This document shows positions 29,510 through 39,297 of a DNA stretch of 64,000 bases, piece after piece (the first letter of the stretch is position 1; each line of letters begins with the position of its first letter). The DNA lies in the NCBI GenBank assembly GCA_965215195.1, contig CBDCDC010000002.1, positions 1 through 64,000 of the forward strand. The letters are read 5' to 3'. The position numbers and the translations under genes were made by a program. The notes under the pieces were generated by a model, which did no database searches, was not told the DNA's origin, and worked only from the letters and a program-made list of their open reading frames with translations. Source of the DNA: Candidatus Latescibacterota bacterium. GTDB taxonomy: Bacteria; Latescibacterota; UBA2968; UBA8231.

Positions 29510-30652
29510 TCATCCCTTCGCCCCAGTGACTTGGGCCAACAAATCGAAGTAACTGCGCTTGCGATCCGTGTTGATGCCCCAGTTGACCGGGATGTTCTGA
29601 TATCCATCGCGGTAATCGCCAAAGGTTGACGAACCGCCAGCCGCATCTCCGGGATCGAAGTATCCCCACGACGCATAGGCCGACAACGCAGAAAGGAAGT
29701 TGTTGTCGGGCTTATCGAACGCGAAGTGATCGTCCTCTGTGAAGAGAATCGGTTTTGCAGTGTAACTCGGCAAAGCACGGGTTTGCGCAACCATCTCAGC
29801 GATGCGCGATGGTTCGGCAACGCCGTTGCCGTGCAGCATGATGTAGTCCGATGTCGCCACCACATCATCGTCCGGCACCCGGCCGCCACTATACGAAGTG
29901 CCCACCACCAACCGCCGCCCAGCCAATTTGTGGGAATGCGCCCGTTCGATTAATTCAGCCACGCGATGCGGTTGCAGTATCTCATGCTCGTACCGAGGAA
30001 CATTCGTCTCGTTATTGATTTCGATCAACACATTGTGGTAACCCGATTCCAAAACCCACTTCGTCGCCTCATCCACCGCACGGCACACCGCCTCCTCGTC
30101 CGTTAAACGCTCATCCTGCCCGAAGTAGAAATACCCGAGGATCACCACCATCCCCAACTTGTCACACGCCGATGCGATCTGTGCAGTCCGTCTCATATAG
30201 GCAGGTTTTAGCGAACCATCGGGCGCAAAAGCCGAGTTGTGCCAAGGTTGCGAAGCCGGACTCGGCAGACCGGCCCACGCCACATCGTCGCTGGCATCCA
30301 TGCGTCGTGCGGCCATCACTTTTCGGAAACCCGCCTCGCGGTAATACCCCGTAGGGCTTCCGCCCTGCAGATTGACCGTCACCGCCAACAATCCGTGCGC
30401 CCGATACGTTGGTAGCTGAGCGATGAACTCATCCGCGTTTCGTTCAGCGTCCCATGCGCCCGTGCTTGGATACGCCCAAAGTTGCCGCGTCACCGGGTTT
30501 TCGTCGTCGAACACCGCATTCGTCATGCGACTATTCATCAACAAACCTTCAACATCCCAACCGCGGTACTGCCGCCCGTTATACGTGATTTGGCCGTTGA
30601 TTAGCCAATGTTCGCCATGGGCGGCGATCTGAGTTCGAGCTGCTGTTGTCAT
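29510..30652 (-). CDS. Hypothetical protein, glycoside hydrolase-like TIM barrel
   Basis: 380-aa ORF; NVLIEINNE putative acid/base motif, PILFTED. Confidence 0.65.
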   Translation of the reverse strand: MTTAARTQIAAHGEHWLINGQITYNGRQYRGWDVEGLLMNSRMTNAVFDDENPVTRQLWAYPSTGAWDAERNADEFIAQLPTYRAHGLLAVTVNLQGGSPTGYYREAGFRKVMAARRMDASDDVAWAGLPSPASQPWHNSAFAPDGSLKPAYMRRTAQIASACDKLGMVVILGYFYFGQDERLTDEEAVCRAVDEATKWVLESGYHNVLIEINNETNVPRYEHEILQPHRVAELIERAHSHKLAGRRLVVGTSYSGGRVPDDDVVATSDYIMLHGNGVAEPSRIAEMVAQTRALPSYTAKPILFTEDDHFAFDKPDNNFLSALSAYASWGYFDPGDAAGGSSTFGDYRDGYQNIPVNWGINTDRKRSYFDLLAQVTGAKG

Positions 30653-30670
30653 GTTGGGGTCGGTCCGTGC

Positions 30671-31618
30671 TCAGCGATAGACGGCTTGGATCATGGCGCG
30701 GATGAAACCAGTGGCGTAGGCGTGGCCCTGACGCCCGCCTTGGTCGCCGGGAATGGACGGGGTGTGATCCATCATAAACGGCCCGTTAAAGCCCACCTCC
30801 TTGTAGGTCTGCATCGCCCGGTACATATCGACGTCGCCCTCGTCGATGAAAACTTCCCTGAAATCCTTGGGCGTACCGCGCACGTTGCGGAAGTGGACGT
30901 AGGCGATTTTGCCTTGGCGGCCCATGCGGCGGATGGCCTCGTACACGTCAATGCCCATTTCGGTGACGCAGCCTTGGCAAAAGAGCATGGCGTTTTGGGG
31001 GCTGGGGTTGAGGGCGAAGATGCGCTCGTATTGGTCTAGGGTGGAGACGATGCGCGCCGCGCCGCCCATTGGCTCGGGCAGCGGGGGATCGTCCGGGTGT
31101 AGGGCCAAGGTAACGCCAGCTTCTTCGGCGACCGGGACGATGCGCTGGTGGAAATAGGCGATATTGGCCCACATTCCGTCCTCGTCGATGTGCTTTTCTC
31201 GATAGTCGTGGTTCTCTTTTTCGTATTCTGCGTAGGTGAAGGTGCTGTAGTGGGCACGGCCGCGGCCGGTGTCCGAGGGGGTGCGGAAGTTGCCCACGGG
31301 TTTGAAATTGTAGCCGAGGGTGGGTACGCCAGCGGTGCCCATGGCCCGCAGCCAGTTGCACCACTCCTCGATTTTGGCGTCGCGGTTTTGTTGCGCGAGG
31401 GTGATTTCGTCCGGGCCGCTCAGGGCGGCGTTGTACAAGCGGAGGCCATTTTTTTCGGCGCGGGTGCGGACTTCTCGCAGGTACTCGGCCATCTCGGGAT
31501 AGGTGTGCAGGTTGAGGGGGAGGGAGTTGATGGTCAGGTAATCGACGCCAATGGCTTTGTAGTAGCTCAGGTTGTCGTCGGTAATGCGATCGTGGGGGAG
31601 TTGGTCTTGGATGTACAT
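30671..31618 (-). CDS. Mannonate dehydratase (UxuA) family protein
   Basis: PVAEEAGVTLALHPDDPP, FCQGC, VHFRNV, DEGDVDM, DHTP. Confidence 0.88.
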   Translation of the reverse strand: MYIQDQLPHDRITDDNLSYYKAIGVDYLTINSLPLNLHTYPEMAEYLREVRTRAEKNGLRLYNAALSGPDEITLAQQNRDAKIEEWCNWLRAMGTAGVPTLGYNFKPVGNFRTPSDTGRGRAHYSTFTYAEYEKENHDYREKHIDEDGMWANIAYFHQRIVPVAEEAGVTLALHPDDPPLPEPMGGAARIVSTLDQYERIFALNPSPQNAMLFCQGCVTEMGIDVYEAIRRMGRQGKIAYVHFRNVRGTPKDFREVFIDEGDVDMYRAMQTYKEVGFNGPFMMDHTPSIPGDQGGRQGHAYATGFIRAMIQAVYR

Positions 31619-31633
31619 GGCGTCTCCTTTGGG

Positions 31634-31880
31634 TTAGGTGGCTACCCCTACGGCACATGGCTCAATCGCCTCTAATGCCCGAGCTTCAGACCGGGTGGTG
31701 CGATACAGATCCCAGCGCAGTTGGAGATTCAGCCAAAACGCGGGCGACACATCGAAGTATTTTGCTAGGCGTAGGGCTGTGCTCGGAGTACTGCCACGTC
31801 GCCCGTTCACCAATTCGTTAACCCGCTGATAAGGAACGTGAATGGCGGCAGCTAATTCGCGCTGCGTTACCCCTAAAGGA
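31634..31880 (-). pseudogene. higA: HigA-type antitoxin lacking its N-terminus
   Basis: PLGVTQRELA...RVNELVNGRRG.TPSTALRLAKYF...FWLNLQ; HPGE motif absent; the ORF-track ATG lies inside the -10 box. Confidence 0.8.
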
Positions 31881-31886
31881 GATAGC

Positions 31887-31915
31887 ATTGTAACATGGAA
31901 TCCATGCTACGTCAA
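31887..31915 (-). promoter_or_regulatory. Sigma70 promoter with palindromic operator in spacer
   Basis: TTGACG-17bp-TACAAT on minus strand; TAACATGGA-A-TCCATGCTA palindrome at 31891-31909. Confidence 0.8.
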
Positions 31916-31989
31916 TATACCAGACAGCGAGTCTTGTGTCGGCCGCCAGATTGCGTTTGATTGCTCGCCGAAAGAGGATAGAGCAATCA

Positions 31990-33118
31990 TGCCAAAACGA
32001 CTGCCCCGCGCCGGGGTTCATCGACTATGCGACGGCCCAATTCAACTACGAGTGGGCCAGACTCATGATTTCCTATCCGACGAATTATCTCTTTGCCAAC
32101 GGCGAGGATAACAGCGACCTCCCCCCGAAGTACTACGACTTCCTGCAGGAAATTCCCCTAGTTGATGAGAAGGCTATCGGCACGATGGACTATCACACGT
32201 TTCTGGTGCGGACCTTGGATTCGGAGCCGCGAGAAAAATCCGCACCATTCAGGCGGCCAAGTGGAGTTATTGGCCGGTCGCCTAATGCTCGCGGGGAGTT
32301 AGACAAGATGCGCAGCCTCTTTCGGCGGCCCAAGCTGTCCGAGATATACGATCTAGCGGATTTGAAGTTGTCGGAGGAGATCGTGGCCCAACTCGACTCG
32401 ATGGACGAAGCGAACAGACGACCGAACCTGTCGCAGATGGTCAATTTGTCGGCGGTTGGTTTGTTGTTGGCTGCTCAGGCTCGGCTCGACTCAATGTACA
32501 AAATAAAGAGACGTCCCAAGCTGTCCCAGAGTTTTGATTTGTCGGTGTTTGGTCTGTCGGAGGCAGATCAAGCCCGAATCGACTCCTTATATGAAAAGTC
32601 CAAATCCTATAGCTTCTTCACTTCAAATAATGTAGAGGAGGCTAGCGTGAATACGACGGATGGAGCGTTGACGTTCTACTTGCCACTCGCAATAAAGAAG
32701 GATTCTCTGGCCAAAGAGCCTCCTAAGCTATCCGAAAAACTTGACCTATCGTGGCTGTCAGAACCGGCCCGTGCCCAACTTGATTCGATGTACGAACACC
32801 GTCAGCCGCTCAGGCTGTCCGAGCAGATTGATCTATCCGGCTTGGGTCTATCGGAAGCGGTGCAGGCCCAGCTCGATTCGATAATTACGAGAACTGGAAC
32901 CCATACACTGAGGACGTGGAGTAGTTCTTCGGCAAGGTACGATCTGGCCAAGGAAAAACTGGAGGGACGAGTGCTCTACTGGTTTTTGGCTGGCGAGCTG
33001 ATCAAGGGCTTCAAGCGCGGCAGCGACGCCTTTGCGTTAACCCAACGCAAGTGGGAAGAGTTCCAAGAGATCAATCCGCACCCGGAATACACCGAGGCCG
33101 TCAAGGCAGTTCTATATA
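31990..33118 (+). pseudogene. TlpA/ResA-like disulfide reductase, N-terminal part (5' truncated, IS-interrupted)
   Basis: Removing the IS joins ...KAVLY in frame to KALKLQAGQPAP...; left boundary approximate. Confidence 0.8.
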
Positions 33119-33199
33119 ACCAATGGTGCTAGTGAGTTGACCGTGGTCGAGGTAGTTCCTACGCTGAGGGTGTCCCCCCTTCCAGCGAAGGAGCGTCCC

Positions 33200-33985
33200 A
33201 TGACCACGGCCGAGTTTATAATAGCCCTCTTCTATCGGATCGACAACCAGATGGGCGATGTGCCCAAACACCCCCAAGCCGCCTTATATCCCAGCGAAAC
33301 GGTGACCCTGGCGGTTCTATATGCGCTCAAAGGGGACGGCAAACGGGCGTTTTATCGCTGGGTAGTGCGCGATTGGCGCGCCTTTTTCCCGCGCCTGCCC
33401 GAACGCACCCGCTTGTTCCGCCTGTTTGTCGCCCATGCGGACTGGACCGATCGCTTTCGAGCGGACCCCACCCCCTTAGGCGTGATCGATAGCTATGGCA
33501 TCGAGTTGATCCATCCAGTACGCGAAGGCCGCTCCGCTCACCCTATCGGCCAGAAAGGGTTGTCCAATCACCGCTGGATCGTCGGCGGCAAGCTGGGCTT
33601 GATCGTCAACCAGTGGGGCTTGATCGTCGATTGGGATTGTAACACGGCCAATGTCCACGATTCGGTCTTTCACCCGATGATTGGTCGCTACGAAGAGCAG
33701 ATGATCCTCCTCAGCGACCAAGGCTTTCATGCCAAAGAAGGTGATCCGGCTAATCTGAAAGTGTGTCCCCGCAAAACCTGGGGCGACCGGATGGTCATCG
33801 AGACCGTCTTTTCGATGCTGACCCGCATCGGCCGGTTCAAGCGACAGACCCATCGAGCTTGGGCCTACTTTAGAGCGCATCTGAGCGCGGCCATGGCCGC
33901 CTTTAACCTGCTGGCACAGTGGCATGGATTGCAACCGGATGAAAATGGATTCGTCCCGTTGTCCATCGCGGAATTTAGCTTGTAG
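33200..33985 (+). CDS. DDE transposase (IS982-like)
   Basis: FP.LPERTRL.R, IDS, GGKL.LIVNQWG, SDQGF, R..IETVFS; family assignment is inference. Confidence 0.85.
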   Translation: MTTAEFIIALFYRIDNQMGDVPKHPQAALYPSETVTLAVLYALKGDGKRAFYRWVVRDWRAFFPRLPERTRLFRLFVAHADWTDRFRADPTPLGVIDSYGIELIHPVREGRSAHPIGQKGLSNHRWIVGGKLGLIVNQWGLIVDWDCNTANVHDSVFHPMIGRYEEQMILLSDQGFHAKEGDPANLKVCPRKTWGDRMVIETVFSMLTRIGRFKRQTHRAWAYFRAHLSAAMAAFNLLAQWHGLQPDENGFVPLSIAEFSL

Positions 33986-34006
33986 CCCACTAGTATCTAT
34001 TGACAC

Positions 34007-34693
34007 TTAAAATTTTGGGTAAAGCCGTTTCAGTTTAATGCGCGCATCATCGGTGGTAAACCGCCAGTCCACGGCTTTCTGGTTTTCGTTGCGTGCCTGT
34101 TCCCAAGCGTGGGTTTCCGCCTTCAAGGTCTCTTCATCGGGTATGCGCGCATTTAGACATTGCTGGGACAAAATGCGCAACTCAATTTCAGCGATATTGA
34201 GCCAACTGCCATGTTTGGGGGTGTAATGCAACTCAAGTCGTCTAACTAACCGGCGCGCTTGGGCCGGTTCAAACGCTTCATACAAAGCGGCAATCGTGTG
34301 CGTGTTGAGATTATCACACACCACCAAGACCACTTCAGCATCTGGATAATCCACCTCCAATAGCTCTTTGATTTCAAAAGCCCAGTCCACAGCGGTCTTG
34401 CGTGAGCGCACATTGACCTTGCGCCAACCGGCCAAGGGGTCTGTAAACAGAAAATTGACCGCTGTGCCATTGTGCGCGTATTCGTAATCATACCGTTGGG
34501 GGTGTCCAGGCCGTGCGGGCAGCGGGATACGGGTTTCTCCAATCAACTGGATGGGCTGCTCATCCATGCACACCCAAGGCCTTTTCGGATCGTAGGGCCG
34601 ATGATACAGATCCAGAACATCTTCCATGCAGGCTACAAAGGCTGCATTTTGTTCAGGTGGAATCACCCAACAGGTACGCAGATGCGGCTTCAA
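34007..34693 (-). CDS. IS630 transposase, DDE part
   Basis: CMDE, DNLNTH, TPKHGSWLNIAEIE. Confidence 0.92.
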   Translation of the reverse strand: MKPHLRTCWVIPPEQNAAFVACMEDVLDLYHRPYDPKRPWVCMDEQPIQLIGETRIPLPARPGHPQRYDYEYAHNGTAVNFLFTDPLAGWRKVNVRSRKTAVDWAFEIKELLEVDYPDAEVVLVVCDNLNTHTIAALYEAFEPAQARRLVRRLELHYTPKHGSWLNIAEIELRILSQQCLNARIPDEETLKAETHAWEQARNENQKAVDWRFTTDDARIKLKRLYPKF

Positions 34694-35130
34694 TTCGTTT
34701 TTTTTAGCGTCCGTCCCACCGTGCGATACGAAATGGAGTCCACCACGTTGAGTTCGACCAACGTGTCGGCCAGTAACTCCAATGTCCAGCGGTTGCGTCC
34801 TTCGGGGGGATGGCTACAAGCCAGCGCGATCAAACGGGCTTCACCGGCTCCATCCAGAATCTTCTCGCGGGGCGGCTGTACGCGCTTTTTACGTTCTAAG
34901 GCCGCCTGCATCCCGTGCTCTACAAAACGTTTCCGAACGTTTTCGACGGTGACTCTATGGCAGGCGAATGCTTCCGCAATAGCCCTATCTGTCCAGCAGG
35001 GCCCTGCTGCATCGGCTTTCAAAAGTATATTCGCGTGTTTGATCTTGTAGGCTGGGGCGTGACCTGTGCTGACCAGAGCTTCTAACTGCTGACGCGCTTC
35101 GTCGGGGAGACGCACGATATATTTCTTCAT
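34690..35130 (-). CDS. IS630 transposase, HTH part; joined to DDE part by frameshift
   Basis: MKKYIVRL, PPEGRNRWTLELLA; A8 slippery run at 34698-34705. Confidence 0.9.
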   Translation of the reverse strand: MKKYIVRLPDEARQQLEALVSTGHAPAYKIKHANILLKADAAGPCWTDRAIAEAFACHRVTVENVRKRFVEHGMQAALERKKRVQPPREKILDGAGEARLIALACSHPPEGRNRWTLELLADTLVELNVVDSISYRTVGRTLKKTN

Positions 35131-35223
35131 ATCTAGACTCCTCAGGTATCAGTTCGCGCTGGAGATTCGACATGAATATCGCATCCATAACTTTAGTTGT
35201 CAAAAGACACTAGCACCATTGGT

Positions 35224-35663
35224 TATATAAGGCCCTGAAGCTGCAAGCCGGGCAACCCGCGCCCGCTTTCGCTCTCCACGACCTCGACGGTCAGCCCGTA
35301 TCGCTGAGCCAGTTCAAGGGGCAGGTGGTGCTGCTCGATTTCTGGGCGAGTTGGTGTGGGCCGTGTATCATCGACCTGCCCGATCTCCGCGCAATCAAGG
35401 AAGAGATGGCGGACCAGCCGGTCGTCTTTCTCAACATATCGTTAGACACGGACGAGGCTGCTTGGCGTGAGGCGATTGATAAACACGGAATCGAAGGCGT
35501 CCACGTGCGGGCGGATGGCTGGGGTGCGGACGTGGCCAAGGCCTACCAAGTGAACTCGTTGCCTTCGTATTACTTGGTGGACTCTCAAGGATTAATCGTG
35601 GAGCGTCTGTCTGGCGTAAGGGATACAGACGAGCTTGTCGCAAGGATCGAGAAGAGCTTGTGA
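35224..35663 (+). pseudogene. TlpA/ResA-like disulfide reductase, C-terminal thioredoxin domain
   Basis: GQPAPAFAL.DLDG..VSLSQFKGQVVLLDFWASWCGPC; separated from its N-terminus by the IS. Confidence 0.88.
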
Positions 35664-35817
35664 GCAAGCTGAGCCTAACCTGAATGTCGAAAAGGGCTGG
35701 CTGATTCGTTCAAACGCAATTAAGCCTGTGCTGTCTGCTGCGATGCTCCTGACGCAAATAAGCAAACATCAAGCACGAACGTACCCACAGGCGGGGTCGG
35801 GTACTTAGGGGCCAGCA

Positions 35818-35937
35818 CTAACTACACGACACCAATAACTTGTCGTTGATGGGCGGTGAGTCCGGGATCGAGGGCGTCCCGCCCTCGACGAGGGCAAGAT
35901 GCCCTCGCCCTCAAGCTCTCTGGGGTCGTGGAGAACG
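35818..35937. mobile_element. Degenerate MITE family A variant (120 bp)
   Basis: Ends CTAACTACACGACACC and GGGGTCGTGGAGAACG; same internal GAGGGCGTCCCGCCCTCG / GAGGGCAAGATGCCCTC hairpins; no TSD seen. Confidence 0.7.
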
Positions 35938-35940
35938 GCA

Positions 35941-36021
35941 CGAGGGTTTGTCGCGCCTCTTCACCGCTACCTTTAGGTGTGCTTCACCGCGCCTAAAGGC
36001 GTGAACAAGGCGCGGTGGAGC
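35941..36021. repeat. Mosaic of CGCGCCTAAAGGCG-type palindromic repeats
   Basis: Related in reverse orientation to 27817-27849. Confidence 0.65.
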
Positions 36022-36119
36022 AGACAGCTTCTAAATTCAAAAAGCCGATTCTCCCGCGTGTTGCAGGGCCAGACCAGCGTGGTTAGGTTGCGGATGGTAG
36101 TACACAAGGAGAAAAGGCT

Positions 36120-36530
36120 ATGAAAGCGCTCATCGTGCTCGTCGCGTTGGTCTGGACGGGAATCTCGTGCTCCGGTCCAACTACGAGCACGGATATGGTA
36201 TTCGACTCTGCCGCCGAAGGGCCGGCGACCTTTGCGCAGGTGCAAACGACGATATTCGACGTTTCCTGCGCCTTGAGCGGCTGCCACGGCAACAGCGCTT
36301 GGCCCAACCTGTCGGCCGGGCAAGCATACGACAATATCGTCCGTGTGGAGAGCAGCCGCGGCATAGCGCTGGTTGAGCCGGGCGATCCCGACAACAGCTA
36401 CCTGTATCGCAAGCTCTTGGCAGACGCCGATATCGATGGAGCTCGCATGCCCCCGGGCGGGCCGTACCTAACACCAGACGCGCTCGAAACGGTGCGCGCT
36501 TGGATAGAAAAGGGGGCCCCCAACGACTAA
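36120..36530 (+). CDS. Cytochrome c-like lipoprotein (planctomycete cytochrome C type)
   Basis: Lipobox-like GISC; CALSGCH; PGDPDNSYL, RMPP, WIEKGA. Confidence 0.75.
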   Translation: MKALIVLVALVWTGISCSGPTTSTDMVFDSAAEGPATFAQVQTTIFDVSCALSGCHGNSAWPNLSAGQAYDNIVRVESSRGIALVEPGDPDNSYLYRKLLADADIDGARMPPGGPYLTPDALETVRAWIEKGAPND

Positions 36531-36558
36531 TTCGCCTCTAAACTGTCGGGCAACGTGT

Positions 36559-37131
36559 ATGCGCTGGCTCATCCCGTTCCTCATCTGCTCGCCGCTGGCC
36601 GTCCAAGGCGGCGAATGGCACGTCGATAAAAAGGCCGAGGGCAACCAAGTCGCGTTTACTTCCAAAGTGGTGGCCTTCACTTTTACCGGCACGACCGATA
36701 AAATCGACGGCTTTATCTATTGGGAAGGCGAGTCGCTTTTTGCGGCCAAGGACCAACTGCATTTTGAAGTGGAGCTGGCCAGCTTTGATACGGGCATTGG
36801 CAAACGCGACCGCGACATGCGCCAAGTGCTGGACGCGGACCAATGGCCCAAAGCCGTGTACAAAGGGGAGATCGCCGAACACGCGGCCGTCGATTCCACT
36901 GTGGTTGCCTATCGCGTCAAGACCAAGGGGATCTTGTCGCTACACGGGGTGGAGCGCGCCGTAGAAGTGCCCGGGATCGTAGTGGTGGAAGAAAATCGCT
37001 CCAAGGTCGAGGCGGCTTTTACTATTAAACTGGCCGACTACGACATTGAGGCACCCTCGCTGGCGGCCTTTGTCAAGGTAAGTCAAGAGATTGCCGTCGA
37101 GGTCTCGTTCTACTTAAAACACGTACAATAG
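36559..37131 (+). CDS. YceI family protein
   Basis: Signal peptide; SFDTGIGKRDRDM, G.LSLHGV, LADYDI. Confidence 0.88.
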   Translation: MRWLIPFLICSPLAVQGGEWHVDKKAEGNQVAFTSKVVAFTFTGTTDKIDGFIYWEGESLFAAKDQLHFEVELASFDTGIGKRDRDMRQVLDADQWPKAVYKGEIAEHAAVDSTVVAYRVKTKGILSLHGVERAVEVPGIVVVEENRSKVEAAFTIKLADYDIEAPSLAAFVKVSQEIAVEVSFYLKHVQ

Positions 37132-37148
37132 AGCAGGAGGGATGGACC

Positions 37149-38009
37149 GTGAACATTCGCGTCTTGTGGTTGGGAGTGCTGTTGCCGGCCTGGGCCGGTG
37201 CTCAGCCGTCGTGGCAGGCGAGTGTGCCGCTCGAGACCCGGCTGGAGCTGTTCAGCGCGATTAGGACGGCCAATTACCCCACCGCGGAAACCCTGTTCCA
37301 AGGCGATTTCCACTACGAGATTTCGCACCGCTTTTCCCCGCCGATTGACGAGGGGTACAAGGCCAATTTCGGTTTTGATGGGCCGGCCAATATCCGCACC
37401 TCGCTCAGTTACGGCCTCAGCGACCGGCTGATGGCGACCTTGGGGCGGAGCAATGTGCTGGACAATTTGGATCTGCAGTTGCAGTACCATTGGCTGCAAT
37501 TTTCCCACCAGCACTGGCCGGCGGTCTTGGCCCTAAACGTCGGCATAGCTTGGAATACGGAGATGCCGGCGGCTGTCGAGCGAAATGCTGCTGCGGCCGA
37601 CAATTTTCAGTACTATGGGCAATTGATCTTCAATGCGCTGCTGGACGAAAGGTTGGGCCTAGGGTTGGTGCCTTCCTATCTGTACAACAGCGCCATTTTC
37701 AGCGTTGAGACGCAGTACACCTTTACGCTGGGAACCTACGTCCAGTATTACTTCGACGATACGTGGGGCGCGTGGTTGGAGTACAGTCCGACTTTGGCCG
37801 GATACCAAGGCATTTTGTTCTTAGGCGAAGCGGGCCGCTCGCACAATTCGCTGGCATGGGGTCTGTCCATAGATACCGGGGGGCATACTTTCTACCTATT
37901 CGCCACCAACAATACGCGCCTGAGTCCAGCCCAGTACTTGGTGGGAGCCCCCTACGACGCGGCCCTTGACAACTGGCGCATGGGCTTTGGAATTACGCGC
38001 TTCTTGTGA
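37149..38009 (+). CDS. DUF5777-like outer-membrane beta-barrel protein
   Basis: ISHRF, FGFDG.ANIR..L.YG, IDTGGH.F.LFATN, GFGITR.L. Confidence 0.8.
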   Translation: MNIRVLWLGVLLPAWAGAQPSWQASVPLETRLELFSAIRTANYPTAETLFQGDFHYEISHRFSPPIDEGYKANFGFDGPANIRTSLSYGLSDRLMATLGRSNVLDNLDLQLQYHWLQFSHQHWPAVLALNVGIAWNTEMPAAVERNAAAADNFQYYGQLIFNALLDERLGLGLVPSYLYNSAIFSVETQYTFTLGTYVQYYFDDTWGAWLEYSPTLAGYQGILFLGEAGRSHNSLAWGLSIDTGGHTFYLFATNNTRLSPAQYLVGAPYDAALDNWRMGFGITRFL

Positions 38010-39250
38010 ATCCCAGCCGCATCGTGCTCGACGCCCGCTTCATCCGCCCCCGCTATAACGGTCACTGTTTTGCCGACTTGCCGGCCACCATCAAATGGCT
38101 CCTGACAGGCCGAGGATCGCCCAGTCTCGACCCGGCGCTACAAGGCCCTTGCGACGCGGTGGTGCTCTTTTTTGTCGATGCCTTTGGCTGGCACTTTTTC
38201 GAGCGCTGCCAAGACCGCTACCCCTTCTTAGGCGATATTGGTCGCCGGGGATCGGCAGCCCGTCTCACCGCGCAGTTCCCATCCACTACCGCCGCCCACG
38301 TCACTTGCATTCACACGGGCCAGCCGGTCGGGCGCAGCGGCGTTTTTGAATGGCAGTACTACGAGCCGACGCTTGACGCCATTATCACCCCGCTGCCCTT
38401 TGCCCGAGCCGACAGCGACCAGCCGGATTCGCTGCCCCGGGAAGCGGCCCGGAGCGTCTTTCCCCAAGGTACATTGTACCAAGAGTTGGGGCAGTTAGGG
38501 GTCGAGAGCTGGGTTTTGCAAAGCCGCGCCTTTACCCCCTCAACCTGTTCTGACGCGTACTTGCAAGGGGCTCAAGTCCAGCCCTTCCGCACCCTTTCCG
38601 AGGCCCTGACCAATCTGGCCGCTCTGCTGCAAAAACCGCGTTCAGGGCCGGCTTATTTCCTGTTTTACTTCGACCAGATCGACGTCATCGGCCATCGCTA
38701 CGGCCCGGACTCGCCGCAGTTCGAGGCTGAAATCGACACCTTTCTGACTGCGGTCGAGCGGCTCTTTTGGCGTCCGCTGGCTGGCCGTTTGCAGCGCACC
38801 TTGTTCGCCCTCATTGCCGATCACGGTCTAGCGCCGATCAACCCGCAAACCACCGTGTACCTCAATGACGAGACTCGTTTTCCCGGCTTGATTTCCATGC
38901 TGCGCACCGACCGCCGCGGCCATCCCCTAGTGCCAGCCGGCGCGTGCCGCGATTTCTTTTTCTACGTCGAGGACGACCGGCTCGACGAAGCCCACGCCCT
39001 GTTGACCGGCCCACTCGCCGGCCGCGCCCAAGTCTGCCGCACCGCGGATCTGATCGAAGCTGGCCTCTTTGGCCCCCTGCCGCTGTCTCCGCGCTTTCTC
39101 GACCGGGTGGGCAACTTGGTCGTCCTGCCCTTTGCCGGCGAGTCGGTCTGGTGGTACGAAAAGGACAAATTCGAGATCAAATCGCACGGTGCCCACGGGG
39201 GCCTGACCCCGGCCGAGGTAGAAATCCCCCTGCTGCTGTTCTATTTCTGA
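38006..39250 (+). CDS. Alkaline phosphatase superfamily / nucleotide pyrophosphatase-like protein
   Basis: VDAFG, FPSTT, D..GH.YG, ADHG, HGGLT..E. Confidence 0.85.
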   Translation: MNPSRIVLDARFIRPRYNGHCFADLPATIKWLLTGRGSPSLDPALQGPCDAVVLFFVDAFGWHFFERCQDRYPFLGDIGRRGSAARLTAQFPSTTAAHVTCIHTGQPVGRSGVFEWQYYEPTLDAIITPLPFARADSDQPDSLPREAARSVFPQGTLYQELGQLGVESWVLQSRAFTPSTCSDAYLQGAQVQPFRTLSEALTNLAALLQKPRSGPAYFLFYFDQIDVIGHRYGPDSPQFEAEIDTFLTAVERLFWRPLAGRLQRTLFALIADHGLAPINPQTTVYLNDETRFPGLISMLRTDRRGHPLVPAGACRDFFFYVEDDRLDEAHALLTGPLAGRAQVCRTADLIEAGLFGPLPLSPRFLDRVGNLVVLPFAGESVWWYEKDKFEIKSHGAHGGLTPAEVEIPLLLFYF

Positions 39251-39297
39251 CCCTTTGTTAGGACAATAGTTCAGACCTGTGGACAGAGACTCGGGCC

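Larger units (their letters stand above)
33993..35210 (-). mobile_element. IS630-family element (1218 bp)
   Basis: TIR GT(A/G)TCT(A/T)TTGACA; TA duplicated at 33991-33992 and 35211-35212. Confidence 0.92.
33119..35223. mobile_element. IS982-like element carrying a nested IS630
   Basis: Perfect TIR ACCAATGGTGCTAGTG; flanking TATATA at 33113-33118 and 35224-35229 (TA-only duplication also fits). Confidence 0.88.
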
